Below, piece by piece: positions 50,644 through 63,316 of a DNA stretch of 64,000 nucleotides. The notes beneath the pieces were generated by a model. It did not search any database and was not told the DNA's origin. It saw only the letters and a list, made by a program, of their open reading frames with translations. Origin of the DNA: Tubulanus polymorphus. Lineage: Eukaryota; Animalia; Nemertea. The position numbers and the translations under genes are program-made. Location: NCBI RefSeq assembly GCF_964204645.1, contig NC_134031.1, positions 12,154,088-12,218,087 of the forward strand. The letters are read 5' to 3'. Numbering within the stretch: position 1 is the stretch's first letter; the number at the start of each line of letters is the position of its first letter.

Positions 50644-51447
50644 CTAGTTATTATTATTACTGGCGGGGGCTGGGGTGGGTGCAGAAGCAGGGGCGTTTGG
50701 TGGTCTGCGACTACCCCTTTCCACAATACGTCCATTTGCAGTGACCGCAAACTTGTTTAATAAATTATTTGCTCGCAACAACGTTAGACTGTTCACCTGA
50801 TTGAGTCTTTCTGCATGGCTTTGTGAGGAGCGAATATAAACATTATCGAAACGTTCAATTTCTTTAAGTTTGTACTTCTTCCTTAGTACATCTACTTTAA
50901 TCGTCTTATCACCAAAATCGATTTTCATAATTGGTGTGCGGCCTTCAATTAACTTAGTCCTCATTACGTTTTTGACCTCGTAGTTTAATTCTAAACCACT
51001 TATCAAATCATTGGCTTTTAAGTAGGTTTTTGGTAGATTCGTACTTTATTCCAGAAACAACGATGGTATTTTCTGGTAGGAAAGGCTCACACAGTCTGGC
51101 GTCTCTAAATTCTCAAACGAGTTACTCAGTTTGGCTATCTCGATCTGGAAGTCATCTCTAGTCGATTTCGATTCACTTTTGACGCTCTTCTCCAGTGTGT
51201 TGAGTCGTTCCTGCACGGAGGCTTTGAATGATCTTTGTTCTTTAATTGACATATCAACTTTTGTATCTAAACACTGAATTGCGTCTAGGATCTTTATTAC
51301 GGAGTCTGGACTGTCATCATTCAGTTGTTCTGCGATTTTATTGTTTTTTTGTGTCTTTTTGGGAGGTCTTTTGGGACTTTTGATTCCATCCTCATCACTT
51401 GTCGATGAGTGTTTCCTCGATTGTTTTGACGAACTGTTATTTGACAT
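50644..51447 (-). pseudogene. LINE ORF1 (coiled coil plus RRM-like region), frameshifted
   Basis: ORFs 51046-51447 and 50644-51006 lie upstream of ORF2; IMKIDF...K..VLRKKYKLKE...NVYIRSS. Confidence 0.8.
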
Positions 51448-54418
51448 ATCGGCAATACGGGGATTAACATCAACACACAGTCTATAGATTAACGACTATA
51501 CAGTTCAATTCACACGGATAAGTCTTCGGCGTTCGTATTCTACAACCATTCATGCGTGACGAATCTACGAGTATGTATGTACTTTATATGAGAATATTTT
51601 GAAGTCAACGATAATATACACAAAGTCTGTAAATCAGTTACAGTAGAGCATCGATCGAAAAAAAAAAACAATCTGTACCTCGTCCAGAATATTTTCGCTG
51701 TTACAACAATTAAGTTCAGTCTATTGACGGTTCCTCGATCATGTATAGAAACTAACTTTTCCACGGAGCAGTGACAGAACACTGCTGACCTTTACCGCCA
51801 TCTTGAATTACATATATATGTATGATGGAGATAATGAGCCCATTTCACAACAGGTGTTGGATAAGATTGGTCTACGGGGAAGTTCTGTCAGTGGAAGAGA
51901 TCATGGTGAAATTCCATTCCGCGAGACAGGATGAAATGGAATCCGTTGCTGATTGGTCAGCTTGAGTCGAGGATATAGCCAGCAAGGATAAGGCAGCTGG
52001 ACACGGATCAGTTTACATAAATGACGAGACTCTCAAGGTACAGTTCTGGCAGGGATTGAAATCGGTTCCCTTGAAATTGGCTATCCGACATTACAAGGAA
52101 CCCAGCTACTCCTTTAGAAAAATAGTCATTGAAGTCAGAAAGGCAAATAGCGAATGTGAGATAGAAAACGGGAAAAAGAAAAACTCCCATCAAAGATCGT
52201 ATAATCACCAGGCTCGGGTAGGTCAAGTCGAAGTCAGCACTGCATCTCTGGCTCAACAAATGCAGCAAGTGTTGGAGCACCTCAATAAGATAGGGAAGGA
52301 GATAGCATCCCTGAACAAAGAGAAACTCGAGTACAGGAATTTGCAAAGAAGTCATTGGCAGAGTGGGCCAAGACAGCGACCGACATTTGTACCGTTGGAG
52401 GAGAGAAGATGCTATGGTTGCAAGGAGAAAGGGCACTTGAGACGTAATTGTCCTATGGAGAGAAACGACAACCGGTTGAATCCAACGGGAGGCGATGTTC
52501 GGCCGGGAATATAGGCCTCAATCTTTCCCAATTTGTTGGAGCAACCAACGAGATTAATATCACAGTGAATGAAGTACCTTGTAGAGCTTTAGTTGATACT
52601 GGATCGATGGTATCAACCATCTCCCAGACGTTTGTGAGAGAATCTCTTCCGAACATGAACATTTATCCACTTTCTGACATAATTGATGAATTAGAGGTTC
52701 TGACCGTAAGTGGGGATAGATCTTTTCATGGTTACGTTTTAATTTTTATTAAATACAGGAAACAAAAGAACTGGATGTGTTAGCATTAGTTGTGGAATCC
52801 ACTGGATATCATCAACAAGTACCATTTTTGATTGGAACCATGTCATTCAACGGATGTCTGGGTTACCGTTTTCTGAGGAAAGAGAATGGAAAATAGGTAT
52901 GGTTAGGTTGACACGGAGTATACAAATTCAAGCGGGGAAAGAAATCACAGTGCGTGGAATGGTAAGAACCGATGGCGCTGGGGTTATAGTGATGACTGAT
53001 AATCACTTCAATAGAGCATCTGGGAAGTTTATTGTGATTCCCCCAGTAAGTACACTTCCCGATGTGAAATGCTGTCGCGTTTCAGTCCGAATTTGTTTGA
53101 ACATGATGTAACTATACCTACCCAGAAACCGGTTTGTAGTCTTGTTCGAGTAGAGGAAATTACAGTTTATGAGAAGTCCGAGAAGACGGATGAGCGAGCT
53201 GGGGTGAATACCGAAGTTTCGGATAAAGAGTTCTTCAGAACCGTGGATCTCACAGGGGGTTACGACGGAAGTTGAGAAAACCATGTTAAAGGAATTGCTA
53301 GTGAAATTGAAGCATGTCTTTGCGCTCAATGACCTAGATTTAGGCTCCACTGATTTGTTTGAGCATACGATTCGATCGACTGATGAGGAGCCTGTCAATC
53401 TCCGATATCGGAGGATACCTCCGGGAATGGTTAAGGAGGTAACATCTGCGGATGATGTTGGATGTGGGAGTCATTCGGCACTCCTGTAGTCCTTACTCCA
53501 GTCCGTCGGTATTGGTCCGAAAGAAGAATGGTGAGCTCAATGGTGAAAACATTACCAGATCATTACAGTCTCCCACGAAATGATGAGGTCCTTAATAATC
53601 TAGCGGAATGCGATCGATTTACTGTGTTAGATCTAAAATCCAGGTACTGGCAGCTCAAGTTGTCACGTCGAGATCGGGAAAAGACAGCTTTTAACGTGGG
53701 CCCGGGTTTTGGCTTTTATGAGTTGAGAAAGATGCCATTTGGTCTGACCGGAGCGCGAGCATCTTTTCAAAGGCTAATAGTGGCCTATATTCTTTCAGGT
53801 CAAGTTAATGTGTCTTTAATTTAATTTGTTTAATTAATCTAGTTTTTATCTAGTCAATTCATATTTATTGATTTTATGTCCACGTAATTTCAGTTTCACA
53901 CTATGTTAACCAGGGTTGCGAATTTGCAACAACATTTTGGGGTCGGTTAGTACGCTTATTATTAATATTTGTCCGTTATTAACCGATGTTGTAGAATCGC
54001 GACATAAAAGTAGTTCTTTTAAGCCCCGAGAGATGGCAGCACCTTACAATACCTTTCACTGGTTGGCATTGCACAATCACTGCCTCCGTGACCTCCGTGT
54101 GTCAACTTTTTGAAGGCAAGTTCTGCTCGATTATAAGCAAGAACTCGTTATTATTTCCTTGAATAGAACAGATGTTGATATTGAAATAATATAAAGCCTA
54201 AAGAGTGGAGATATCTATTGAGTTCAATTTTTTTAACATTTGAAAATCTATAATTTGGTCCATGAATTTCGGTGTGCAAAAATACAACATTGGTTAACGG
54301 GGTAAAATAAAATTTTGACCAATATCTTTTTAATTGACGTTTCCCCCTTTAAATCTATTTCTATTGATTAGAGCCTTTTTATCCTTGCATTCACAGTACT
54401 TATTTATAAGATTTCACG

Positions 54419-54700
54419 ATGAGGAGGTATCGGGCTTCAGTTGTTGAAGCCATGATCGATGCTGGTAAGAAAGCTCGTGTCGGTCACCCATGTCTTGAAG
54501 CCCAATTATCCCCTCCCTCCAGCCACGGATACACGAATAAACGTAGGTCTGTTATAAACCTATTACATGATGATGTTAGATATGAGTTCTTAGATCATGG
54601 GCTGACCATATCGAGATTCGCCAGAGGGGTTGACTATGCCCAGGTGGATATGCCTGAAATTGTTGTTCAAAATGCTATGTTCGAAGACTAAAACACAATA
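54419..54700 (+). pseudogene. piggyBac-type transposase C-terminal remnant
   Basis: YRASVVEAMI.AGK...KRR...DDVRYE..DH, then in a shifted frame LCPGGYA*NCCSKC (Cys-rich tail). Related TTAACCA..GTTG motifs lie at 53906, 54280-54298 and 54798. Confidence 0.55.
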
Positions 54701-55069
54701 TTTTGTAAGTTTTTATTAGAAGAAACTATGTTCTTTAAAATCAGAAGCATAAATCTGAAAACATTTTCTTGTCAGGTTTATGGAAACTTTTCATATTTTA
54801 CCAATGTTGCGAATTTGAGACATTTTTAAAAACTAGGTCAAACAGGGGCAACAATCAAAATAACTATAATTATGGACTATTAGTATCTCAACACATTCAG
54901 AAAATGAATTGAGTAATTTTTTGCCCACTAGAAATGTGCTTGGTTAAGACTTTTACACAGTGGTCGCATATTAGGTTCGAATCTGTCAATACATTATATT
55001 GTATGTATCGGTATTTAAATTTTCGATAATTCCTATCATCCTGAATGGCATGGTGTGGCTTTGCAGAAA

Positions 55070-55240
55070 ACATCGCTGCTTTGCAGCTGTATTTATTATT
55101 ATTTTTCTCTTTTTCACACTGGATCTTACTGAAAGCATATAAACTGCTGCAACTTCACTGTCGGTGAAAAAATGATGTATCATAAGTACTATGCTGCCTT
55201 GACAAATACTGTACATAATATTAATCAGAACTCAACTTGT
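55070..55240 (+). repeat. Dispersed repeat, direct paralogue at ~62100-62270
   Basis: CTGCTTTG.AGCT.TATTTATTATTATT...TTTTCACACT.GATCTTACTGAAA...TATCA.AAGTACTA...TTGACAAA occurs in both. Confidence 0.75.
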
Positions 55241-57278
55241 TAACTCACTAGAAGCCTCTAAACATCGAAATTTAAGCCCTATTCAAATAGTATCCATCTT
55301 CGTATGTGTGTGTGTACTATGATCATAAATTCAAATTCAAATTCAAAATATCTTTATCATTTTGTAATGCTTTACATTATTGGTTTTGCACAATAAAGAT
55401 GAAAAAGAGTATAAAATATGAGAAATTCCTTAACAGTATTTACATTTTGTACATGATAGGAAATTATATACATATCTGGCATAGTTAAGTATTGTTTCTT
55501 TATTTACAGCGGGTTTGTTTTGCTAAGCCTGCCAGGGTGATGAATTTGTTTTCAGGGGTTGCAAATTTCTGTTCGGAAAAATGGGTATCAAAACATTTAA
55601 TTATTTCACCTCTGTAGCTATCAAATTTGGTACACTGCATAATAAGATGGAATTCGTCTTCAATTATGCCTCGTTACCAGTTTAATATGGAAATACTAAG
55701 TTATTCTACTATTCAACACCCCCTGGTGACCATATGCAAAACCCAAAGACCTTAAAACTCACCACAATCGTAGTACATGTCATGAAATACAATTTTGTAA
55801 TTGATCATGGTAACAAAATGCCTAGGTACCTATCTAATAAGGAAATACTAAGCTATTCTACTATTCAACGCCCCCTGGTGACTATATGGAATAACTAATG
55901 TCCTTTAAAACTCACCGCAATCATAGATGATGTCATGAACTACAACTTTGCAATTGATTATGGTAACAAAATATGCCTAGGTACCAATCTAATAAGGAAT
56001 TACTAAGTTATTCTACTATTCAACGCCCCCTGGTGACCATATAGAATAACAAATGTCCTTAAAACTCTCCAAAATCATGGAAGATGTCATGAGCTACAAC
56101 TTTGCAATTGATTGTGGTATCGAAATATGCATAGGTACAAATATAATATAGAAATACTAAGTTATTGCATTATTCAATGCCCTCGTGATGGCCACATACA
56201 AAAACCAATGGCCTTGAAACTCACCAAAATCATAGAACACGTTATGGGCTACAACTTTCCAATTGAATATAGTAACACAATATGCTTAGGCATGAATTTA
56301 ATGTGGAAAAAACTTTTTCCCACCTACGAATGAGTACTGATGATACCAAGATGGCAGCCAATTGTGTCATAATTGGCTGATCAAAAATACCTGTCGCAGG
56401 TATAAAACATCCCTTTCCAAAGATTACCCATCACAAATTGCAATGAGAAATGGAAAACCAGTAGGAAGCTACAGGACCTAGAATTCTGGCCAAAATTGAC
56501 ATTTTTGGGCACTTAAAAGGTCATAGGAGTTTTGAGTCAAGTCGACCCAATTTTTCTTATGCTGATGGGCCCTTGGCAGATTCAAATATTAACCAAAGAT
56601 CAAGGTAACTGATCAAAGCGTCTTCAAAATTTCCCTCGAAAACATTGAAAATGTGTAAAAAGTGCTGATTTTGGCGAACAACAATGGCTACCAGTCGGCC
56701 ATCTTGAATCTACCAAGGGCCAGTTTTTGGGCTGAAGATGTGTCTAGGGTAGCTACATGTATAAACCAAATATCAAGACATAACCTTGAAGTGTCTTCAA
56801 AACTTCCCAAAATAACTGGATTCCGCCTATGGACGGACGGACGGACGGACGAACGCTACGACGGACGACGGATGAAAAGTGAACGCAATGGGGAGTCGGC
56901 GTACTATTCCGCACCGCGGCGCTGCTACGCAACTCGGTTATTCACCGTCCGTTACCACCGACCGTTTTCGGCATCGCTGCGTTGAATGTTTGAATTTATT
57001 TTGCATTAAATCATGGATTTAACCATCGAAAAACTTAAAGAGGAGCTAAGAGCTAGAGGGGCTAAGGTGTCTGGACGGAAGGAGTTAGTTGAAAGGTATC
57101 TATCGACTTTTTAAGTGATTATCGTTGATAAAATGGTTATATTTGTGCGGTTTTTCAATTTTGAATTTTTGCGCACGCGAGGCCGACCCCCGACCCGGCT
57201 TTGCCCGCCAATCTAACTAATCCATATTCAGACAGCAAATTCACATTTATTACTCTTGAGAGTGAGTTTCGAATGGTT

Positions 57279-57763
57279 GGCCTATGGAATTGAGGTATCA
57301 GTTTACCATCACCCGCCCGCATGGATCGTCAGGTCCCGCATGAAAATTTGCATCATTTCATTATTTTTCATTTTTATGTTCTAATTTGTTTGTTATGATC
57401 CAGAAAATGAACATAATGCTAAAAACATACATAAATCATTGACAAAATGTTTTACAAATCAATATCTAAGATGTAGATTGCCATTAGAAGTTTAGATGGC
57501 AATGTTTGTGTGTTGATATTTAAGGATAATTTTCGGAATGTGACTGCCTTGTCAGTAAAGTTATTTTGACAGCTGAGCTACTACTATCACCATCTATCGA
57601 ACATAAATTTAAGCTTTATTCAGCTTATAGAGCCAATATCATTGGACTTCAAGCTTTTTGGTTTTGCATATTTTGTGACTCAAAATAATGAATAATGAAA
57701 AAAACCCTCATAAACTTTTGATATTTGAGGTGACGGTAAACTGATACCCTAATTCCGTAGGCC
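57279..57763. mobile_element. MITE with ~35-bp imperfect TIRs in an ISL2EU intron
   Basis: GGCCTATGGAATTGAGGTATCAGTTTACCATCACC pairs with GGTGACGGTAAACTGATACCCTAATTCCGTAGGCC. A similar solo end lies at ~61335-61372. No clear TSD. Confidence 0.8.
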
Positions 57764-58138
57764 TAATTGTCAATCTGTGTATGAAAACAGTTCTTATTCG
57801 TTATTGAAAAAAGGTCCCTGTTGAAAAAAAAAGAAATCCAACACTGTTAGGCCTAGGCGTAAGCATAGCCCTCTCAGTCTTGTCCACGTTTGTTTAGCCT
57901 ATAGGCCTACATAGCGTTTGAAAATGCATGATTTCCAGAGGCAATCAGGCAGGAGGCAATCAAAACCCTGGTAAGCCAGTATATTTTAGGCCTAGCCCAC
58001 TTAACTTTTGAAATAGTGAAATTCGTTTCTTTACACGCAGTCCGCTCCAATAGATAGGCTACTTCTTTCTAATTTCCGGCGAATAAAATAAAAACCTGCC
58101 AACCGGGTGGCTGAAAATTATTTCCGTTCTTGGTTTAT

Positions 58139-58202
58139 AAAAAAGAACGACACCCGCCCGAACGGTTCTTAAGAACTGTTCGTGCGGGTGTCGTTCTTTT
58201 TT
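58139..58202. repeat. 64-bp near-perfect palindrome centred on TTAA
   Basis: AAAAAAGAACGACACCCGCCCGAACGGTTCTT|AAGAACTGTTCGTGCGGGTGTCGTTCTTTTTT, with 2 mismatches. Confidence 0.9.
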
Positions 58203-59399
58203 CATTTTATTGGGGTTTGAACTAACAGGTCACGAGTTTGGTTACAAACATAGTTGAAATGTTATCTCAAGGTCGTTGAGCAGTGACAAGTAAACAAATT
58301 CTTATGTCATACAAATTCATTTGACAAAATACAGTTAATATATATGGTGTTGTGTGTGAATTTGGACACGGGTACTCAAGACCTGTCTGCATTGGTCCTT
58401 CGTGTCAATCAACCAAGATAGTCAAGGCATGTCAATGTAACAAACTATCGGTTATAACGAACATATTTTCTGGTCCCGTGTCGTGAAGTTTGCTTTAACG
58501 AGGTTCCACTGTATCATTTTTTATGCCTTTGAGTGGGACTTCAATTTTTAACCTCCTCCCCTTAAAATCTACCCCTGATTCATCTATGTTAAATTGGAAA
58601 ATTCATCTCATGCAGATAAGAATTTTACAAGATCAACCAAGGAACAACGGCTCTGTATGATAAAAAATTTGATGATAAATGTAAAGAGCTCTACAAGCAA
58701 AGGTAACACACATATAACCGAATCCTTAGGTCACATTTTGTTGTTTCCCTCATGCAAATGTTTCTTTTTCTCTTTTTTACAGGTTTATACGTCATATACG
58801 CTTGGCAAAGGCATCGGATTATGTTTTCTTGAAAGCAGTCGTGTGGGCAGAGATGAAAAAGACTGTGGAATACAGGGTGGATGTCAAGGTTTGTAGAAAT
58901 GTTCTATCCGTACATCCCTGTTGTTTATATTAAATCAAAAACATTTTTTTTTGAAAATTCTCTATCTATAAAACCGATTTGTTCAATATTGAAAATCTTT
59001 GAAGGACTGTTATACTTACAAGGACTGTTATACTTAAATCCTACCTTAGAGAGAAAGGATGTCTTCATTTTCACTGCACCAAAAAAAGGTGACTTGATGA
59101 TTCCTTGGTCATTAACCTTAGAGAATAAGTACCGGTATTTTGTTTACTTTAAACTTTATCTTTTAATGCTTCTCATCAAGGTTGATAAAGAAAGAGTCGT
59201 TGAAGAGAGCCAGTGTGAATGTGGTGCTGGACAAGGGCCAACCGCTCACTGTAAACATGTTGTAACAGTACTGTATGCTGTCAATTGTTTTTTGTTGGAG
59301 AAAGATGTCATTTCGGAAACCACATGCACTCAGGCAAGTATTAATATCTCTATGAAAACAGTGTGCAATGTGATTGATTTTTCTTATAGAAAGGAACTA

Positions 59400-61630
59400 T
59401 TTTTCTTCAATCAAGAAACCTCTATGTCATTTTATTTCATCTTACATCTTGACATTCGATTCTTTTTTCAAAAGAACTATGGATAATACTAACATTTTGA
59501 GGCACAAACAGGTCTTTAACATTAAACCCTTTATCCACCATTATACTGTCTCCAGGATCACACAATTTCCGCACATCGCTACGTTCAGTGATCTGTCTGT
59601 CGCTAGTAGCACCTCCATATGCCGAGGATCAACATATGTAACAACGCCACCTGGGCTAATACAAACCACAACTTTCATTGTATTTCGGTTCTTATAGGTA
59701 GAATATGTTGATTGTTGGGCTAGTGGATGCTTAGGCTTTTTTATTGGACATCTGTGCCATCCAAAATCACAGTGTGGATGGAAATTTCAAGCCCAAATCC
59801 GAAGGCATGAAATAAGTTCCTTGCGTGGCCACCAATCAATGTCTTCTAGTTCATTTGCCATGAAATTAATCCAGGTAATGCAAACGTTTGCAACCACTTT
59901 CTCAGTAACCTTAAACATTCGCGAAAGTTCAAAATCACACCTTCATGAGGACCATGAAAAATTGTTCTTCAATTTTTAAATCTGGCACAGAGCCATGATA
60001 GTAATTTAAACTGTGTGCAGCTGGTCCAAAAACATTTAACACAAAGTAGAATCTTTGTCTAGTTTCCAGCCCAGTGTAGTAATGTATGCTCTTATCGGTT
60101 TGCCCAAAATGGTCTAATGGGGAATAGTTTCCTAAAAGTTCACCCTGAATTCCAATTGGCCTTACCATTACCACTATCACAACTGTTATCTGACGAATCT
60201 GAAAATACAAAAATAAACTGCTTATGTTTAATGTAGTGTCTACCCAAAGTGGCTAAAAAATTATACTTTAAAAAATTATTTCTCCTAATTGGCTGCATCA
60301 TTTTGTAAACTGCAATGAAATTTGTAAGCAGTTATAATTTCCCTAGCTGCCGGGTCTGTTATGGTTCAATAGCTTGGTCATGATTTTAAAACAAGAAAAC
60401 TAAATTGACGCCTTGAAAAAAAAAACATTGTTAATATTGTCAACAATAACATAACGTAATATAAATTTTGTAATATCAAGGATTATTATGGATTTGAGTA
60501 TATCGATAATTGAATTGAATTGCCCGGCAACCAGTCTAACCCCGATATATTGATGACGTATAGTGCACATCCTCTCAAAAATAATCATTAGAATTTAACA
60601 AAAATTCTGAAATATACCAAATAAACGACAAAATTCACGTTTGTAATTGTTATATTTAGAAGCACCAATGTTGATGACGTATCAATGTGTATGTATAAAC
60701 ATTATTGAAATGGTTTTTACATCATCAAAAAGTAATGTACAGGGTAGATAGGCAGGTGGCCGGGTCAACTTTTAGCTCAGCAGAATGAGAATGAAATGGG
60801 AAATTTTCCTCATTTTCCCACTACCTTTAAATACTCACCCTGATTTTCATCTTCATTAGGCTTGACCGTTTCGTTAATTATTTCAAAGGCTGCAACTTCA
60901 TTCAAAGCCAGCTTTCTTTGTCTTTTAGCCATTGACTCATTTTCTCACAAGAGCTGCTTCCGTTTTAAATAGCGTTCATTACGGCACTGCATTCTTTTTC
61001 ATGCGTCGCTGTAGCGGGGTAGTTCCTAAAAAAATTATAAGTTTGATGTTGAGTACAGAGAAATAGCAAAAAACTGCAATTTCATTCGAAAAAATATTCT
61101 ACGTTTTAATTTATAATCGATAGATGGCGCTAGTTGTATGTAGCTAAGCAAATGATGAATGTTGAGCCGACGAAGCGGACACATTCCGATTATAATCCCT
61201 AAATTTCAAGACATAAATATTGCCATCAAAACTTCTTGACACAACCTAGATATTAAATATTGACTTATAAAACGTTATCGATGACATTTATATCTTTTTG
61301 TGAAATATAATGAAATAAATGACCATTTTCACGTGGGTGACAGTAAACTAATATACCTCATTTCTATAGGCCGTAGCGTTTCCGAAATGATGCCGCATCG
61401 GTAAGTATCCACTTCCCCTTAGAGAAAAAAGATTACAAACCTGATGTAGTGGCCTCAACATAATTACTCATCGTAAAATGGCTTTTACAAATAACGCTGT
61501 GTTTTGATGGTTGCCAGTTCGCCTCTCCCCTTCGAACAGCGGTGATCCAAATCTTGCGTCTCTTCTCATCTCTCGGAAAGGCATGCCCCCCAAGCGTTCC
61601 ACAAAGTGGAACACAACACTCGGTGGGCAT
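59400..61630 (-). pseudogene. THAP-domain DDE transposase (DDE_Tnp_4 type), multi-exon, decayed
   Basis: Exon 61441-61630 MPTECCVPLC...HAFPRD...W...ICKSHF (THAP); IHYYTGL...EEQFFMVLMK (HTH); TYKNRNTMKVVVCISPGG; PGDSIMVDKGF. Confidence 0.87.
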
Positions 61631-62834
61631 TATTAGATATAATATAACGCTTTAAAGCGTTCAGTAAAAGTGGCGATGCGCAGTGGTGAATAGCGCCATT
61701 GTTCTGGTTCAAAATAACCAAGTTGACGATCAGCGCTGCCTGGAAGCAGGTGTGCAAAGGCAGGCTCCTCATAGCCCGCTGGGACTAAAGTCCCAAGTCG
61801 GCTAATAAAAAAACCTAGTGTGAGTACATGTTCATATGTATAGTACGCTGACCGGCAAGAATAGTTCATACAACTGCCACTAGGGAATGGCAAAGACACT
61901 GTATCTTTGTTATTCTCGATGTTATTTGCCTCTAACTTCACACTAGTACTTTGTGCGTAGTAGCCTATGTGGGACAACATATCCATGTTATGAGCTGACC
62001 CTTTGGTGGCGCTCCGTAAAAAAACGTTACGAACGATTTCAGTGAAATTTTTGCACGCCTCGCTGTACGCCAATCTATCCAGCAAGGCAGATCCCCGTTA
62101 TTACTGCTTTGTAGCTATATTTATTATTATTATTCACATTTTCACACTAGATCTTACTGAAAATCTTTAAATTACTGTAACTTACTCCCATTCTTAAAGA
62201 AAACATATTTTATCACAAGTACTACGTTGCATTGACAAAAACTGCACAGGTTTTTTATCAGATCCTCACCGTTTAATCACCTCAAGCCTCTAAACAGCAC
62301 AAATTTACGCCATAGTGAATAGTTCGCCATTTTAGTTATAATCCCGGACAATCCAATTCCCATTGTGTACTTAATTGTTTCTTCTCCCAATATCGTGCGA
62401 GTAATATTCCGAAGTGACGAAATATAAGATGATGAATAATGATATGTTATAACATAAAATAATTCATATACAATCAATTTGGGGGTGTTATGCGGAACGA
62501 TTAGTAACCCTTGGAGTCTAGTAGACTGGTTACTGGTCTCTATCTTCAGTTACGGGAATCAGACACCACTCAGGGATGCCAATCGTAGACTGCTTGTCAA
62601 TTCAAGTATAAATACACAAATTTATTACCACAAGACTTCACATTCAGCTGCGGTTTTCAAACAGTAATTTTAACAATCATCGGTTTTCTTCATCAGTACA
62701 CTTTACCGATCCACAGGGTATTGACCACTCTGGATATTATAATATTTACTACTATAAATATCTATTTTTCGTTAACAAATTTAACGTATATTGACAACGA
62801 TAAATCATTCAAGTCGTAGGCCTTAACTTAACAC

Positions 62835-63202
62835 TAGGGATGAAAACGGCCCATATTGAAAAAGTCCGAAAATATTCTTAAAAAAAGACTTTTTGGGGGG
62901 AACAAAAATCAGTAACTTTTAGCCAAAAAACTTACTTCCTTTTGGTCGAAAAGTTAATAGTTTGGGCCTGAATTAGAGGCGCTTTTTGAATGAGACGCCA
63001 TATTGGTTTCTCCGACTCCACAGTTGTGCTAACAACTGCCGAAAACCGTCTTAAGGAGCACTCCTAACTACGGAGCGCAGCGATGTGCCGCCCGCGATTG
63101 AGGTGATTAAAGCGATTGAGGTGATTTACACTGTTCTCAGGAATAAAGAAAATGTTAGAAGAGGTCGGAAATCCGTCTATGGTCGGAAGATTTTCATCCC
63201 TG
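62835..63202. mobile_element. 368-bp hAT-like MITE with (T/C)AGGGATGAAAA TIR and 6-bp TSD
   Basis: TAGGGATGAAAA...TTTTCATCCCTG. TAACAC is duplicated at 62829-62834 and 63203-63208. The paralogous empty site at ~5500-5525 has a single copy. Confidence 0.9.
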
Positions 63203-63316
63203 TAACACTCCGAACAGATGCAGCGGAGAAAAGCTGTTGTGTCGACGAGGTATCAAAATAAAAGAATTTATTACTTGATTCGGCTGCGACCATTTATCAA
63301 TATCTTATTTTTCCAA

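Larger units (their letters stand above)
46973..51818 (-). mobile_element. Near full-length APE-type LINE (RTE-X/CR1-group-like; clade uncertain)
   Basis: ORF1 and ORF2, 3' AATAAA plus (TACAA)n tail, and a 5' AAGATGGCGG motif. TSD TGTATG at 46967-46972 and 51819-51824; removing the insert restores the Gag frame N-L-Y-D-G. Confidence 0.92.
46750..53785 (+). mobile_element. Ty3/Gypsy retrotransposon remnant (PNMA-like Gag, protease, partial RT) split by a LINE
   Basis: QLCVFSGSEHKGEVSYIQWRQEV...IRGSLRG...LTNL-Y resumes at 51819 with DGDN...FHSARQDEMESVADW. Zinc knuckle CYGCKEKGHLRRNC; protease LVDTGSMVSTI; RT LDLKSRYWQ...KTAF...MPFGLTGA. Confidence 0.9.
57013..59333 (+). pseudogene. ISL2EU accessory gene: SAP domain plus SWIM zinc finger (expected YqaJ exonuclease part absent); multi-exon
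   Basis: Exon 57013-57095 MDLTIEKLKEELRARGAKVSGRKELVE(R)|GT; exon ~58783-58885 FLKAVVWAEMKKTVEYRVD; exon 59181-59333 QCECGAGQGPTAHCKHV...TCTQ. Confidence 0.8.
56890..61770. mobile_element. ISL2EU-type (PIF/Harbinger-related) DNA transposon with central deletion
   Basis: Ends GGGGAGTC / GGCTCCTC. The 2-bp TSD AT is shown by the empty site GAACGCAATAGCCC at ~11526-11539. It contains convergent, intron-containing THAP-DDE and SAP-SWIM genes. Confidence 0.88.
55660..61806 (-). mobile_element. Helentron/DINE-like element (copy 3, one end missing), split by ISL2EU
   Basis: 55660-56889 matches copies 1 and 2 with 4 internal units. The terminal hairpin ATAGCCCGCTGGGACTAAAGTCCCAAGTCGGCTA is displaced to 61771-61804. 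Confidence 0.85.

Noticed and set aside
61633-62085. 150-aa minus-strand ORF upstream of the THAP exon
   Set aside because: It crosses the ISL2EU end, the Helentron hairpin and flanking DNA, so it is a chance chimeric frame.
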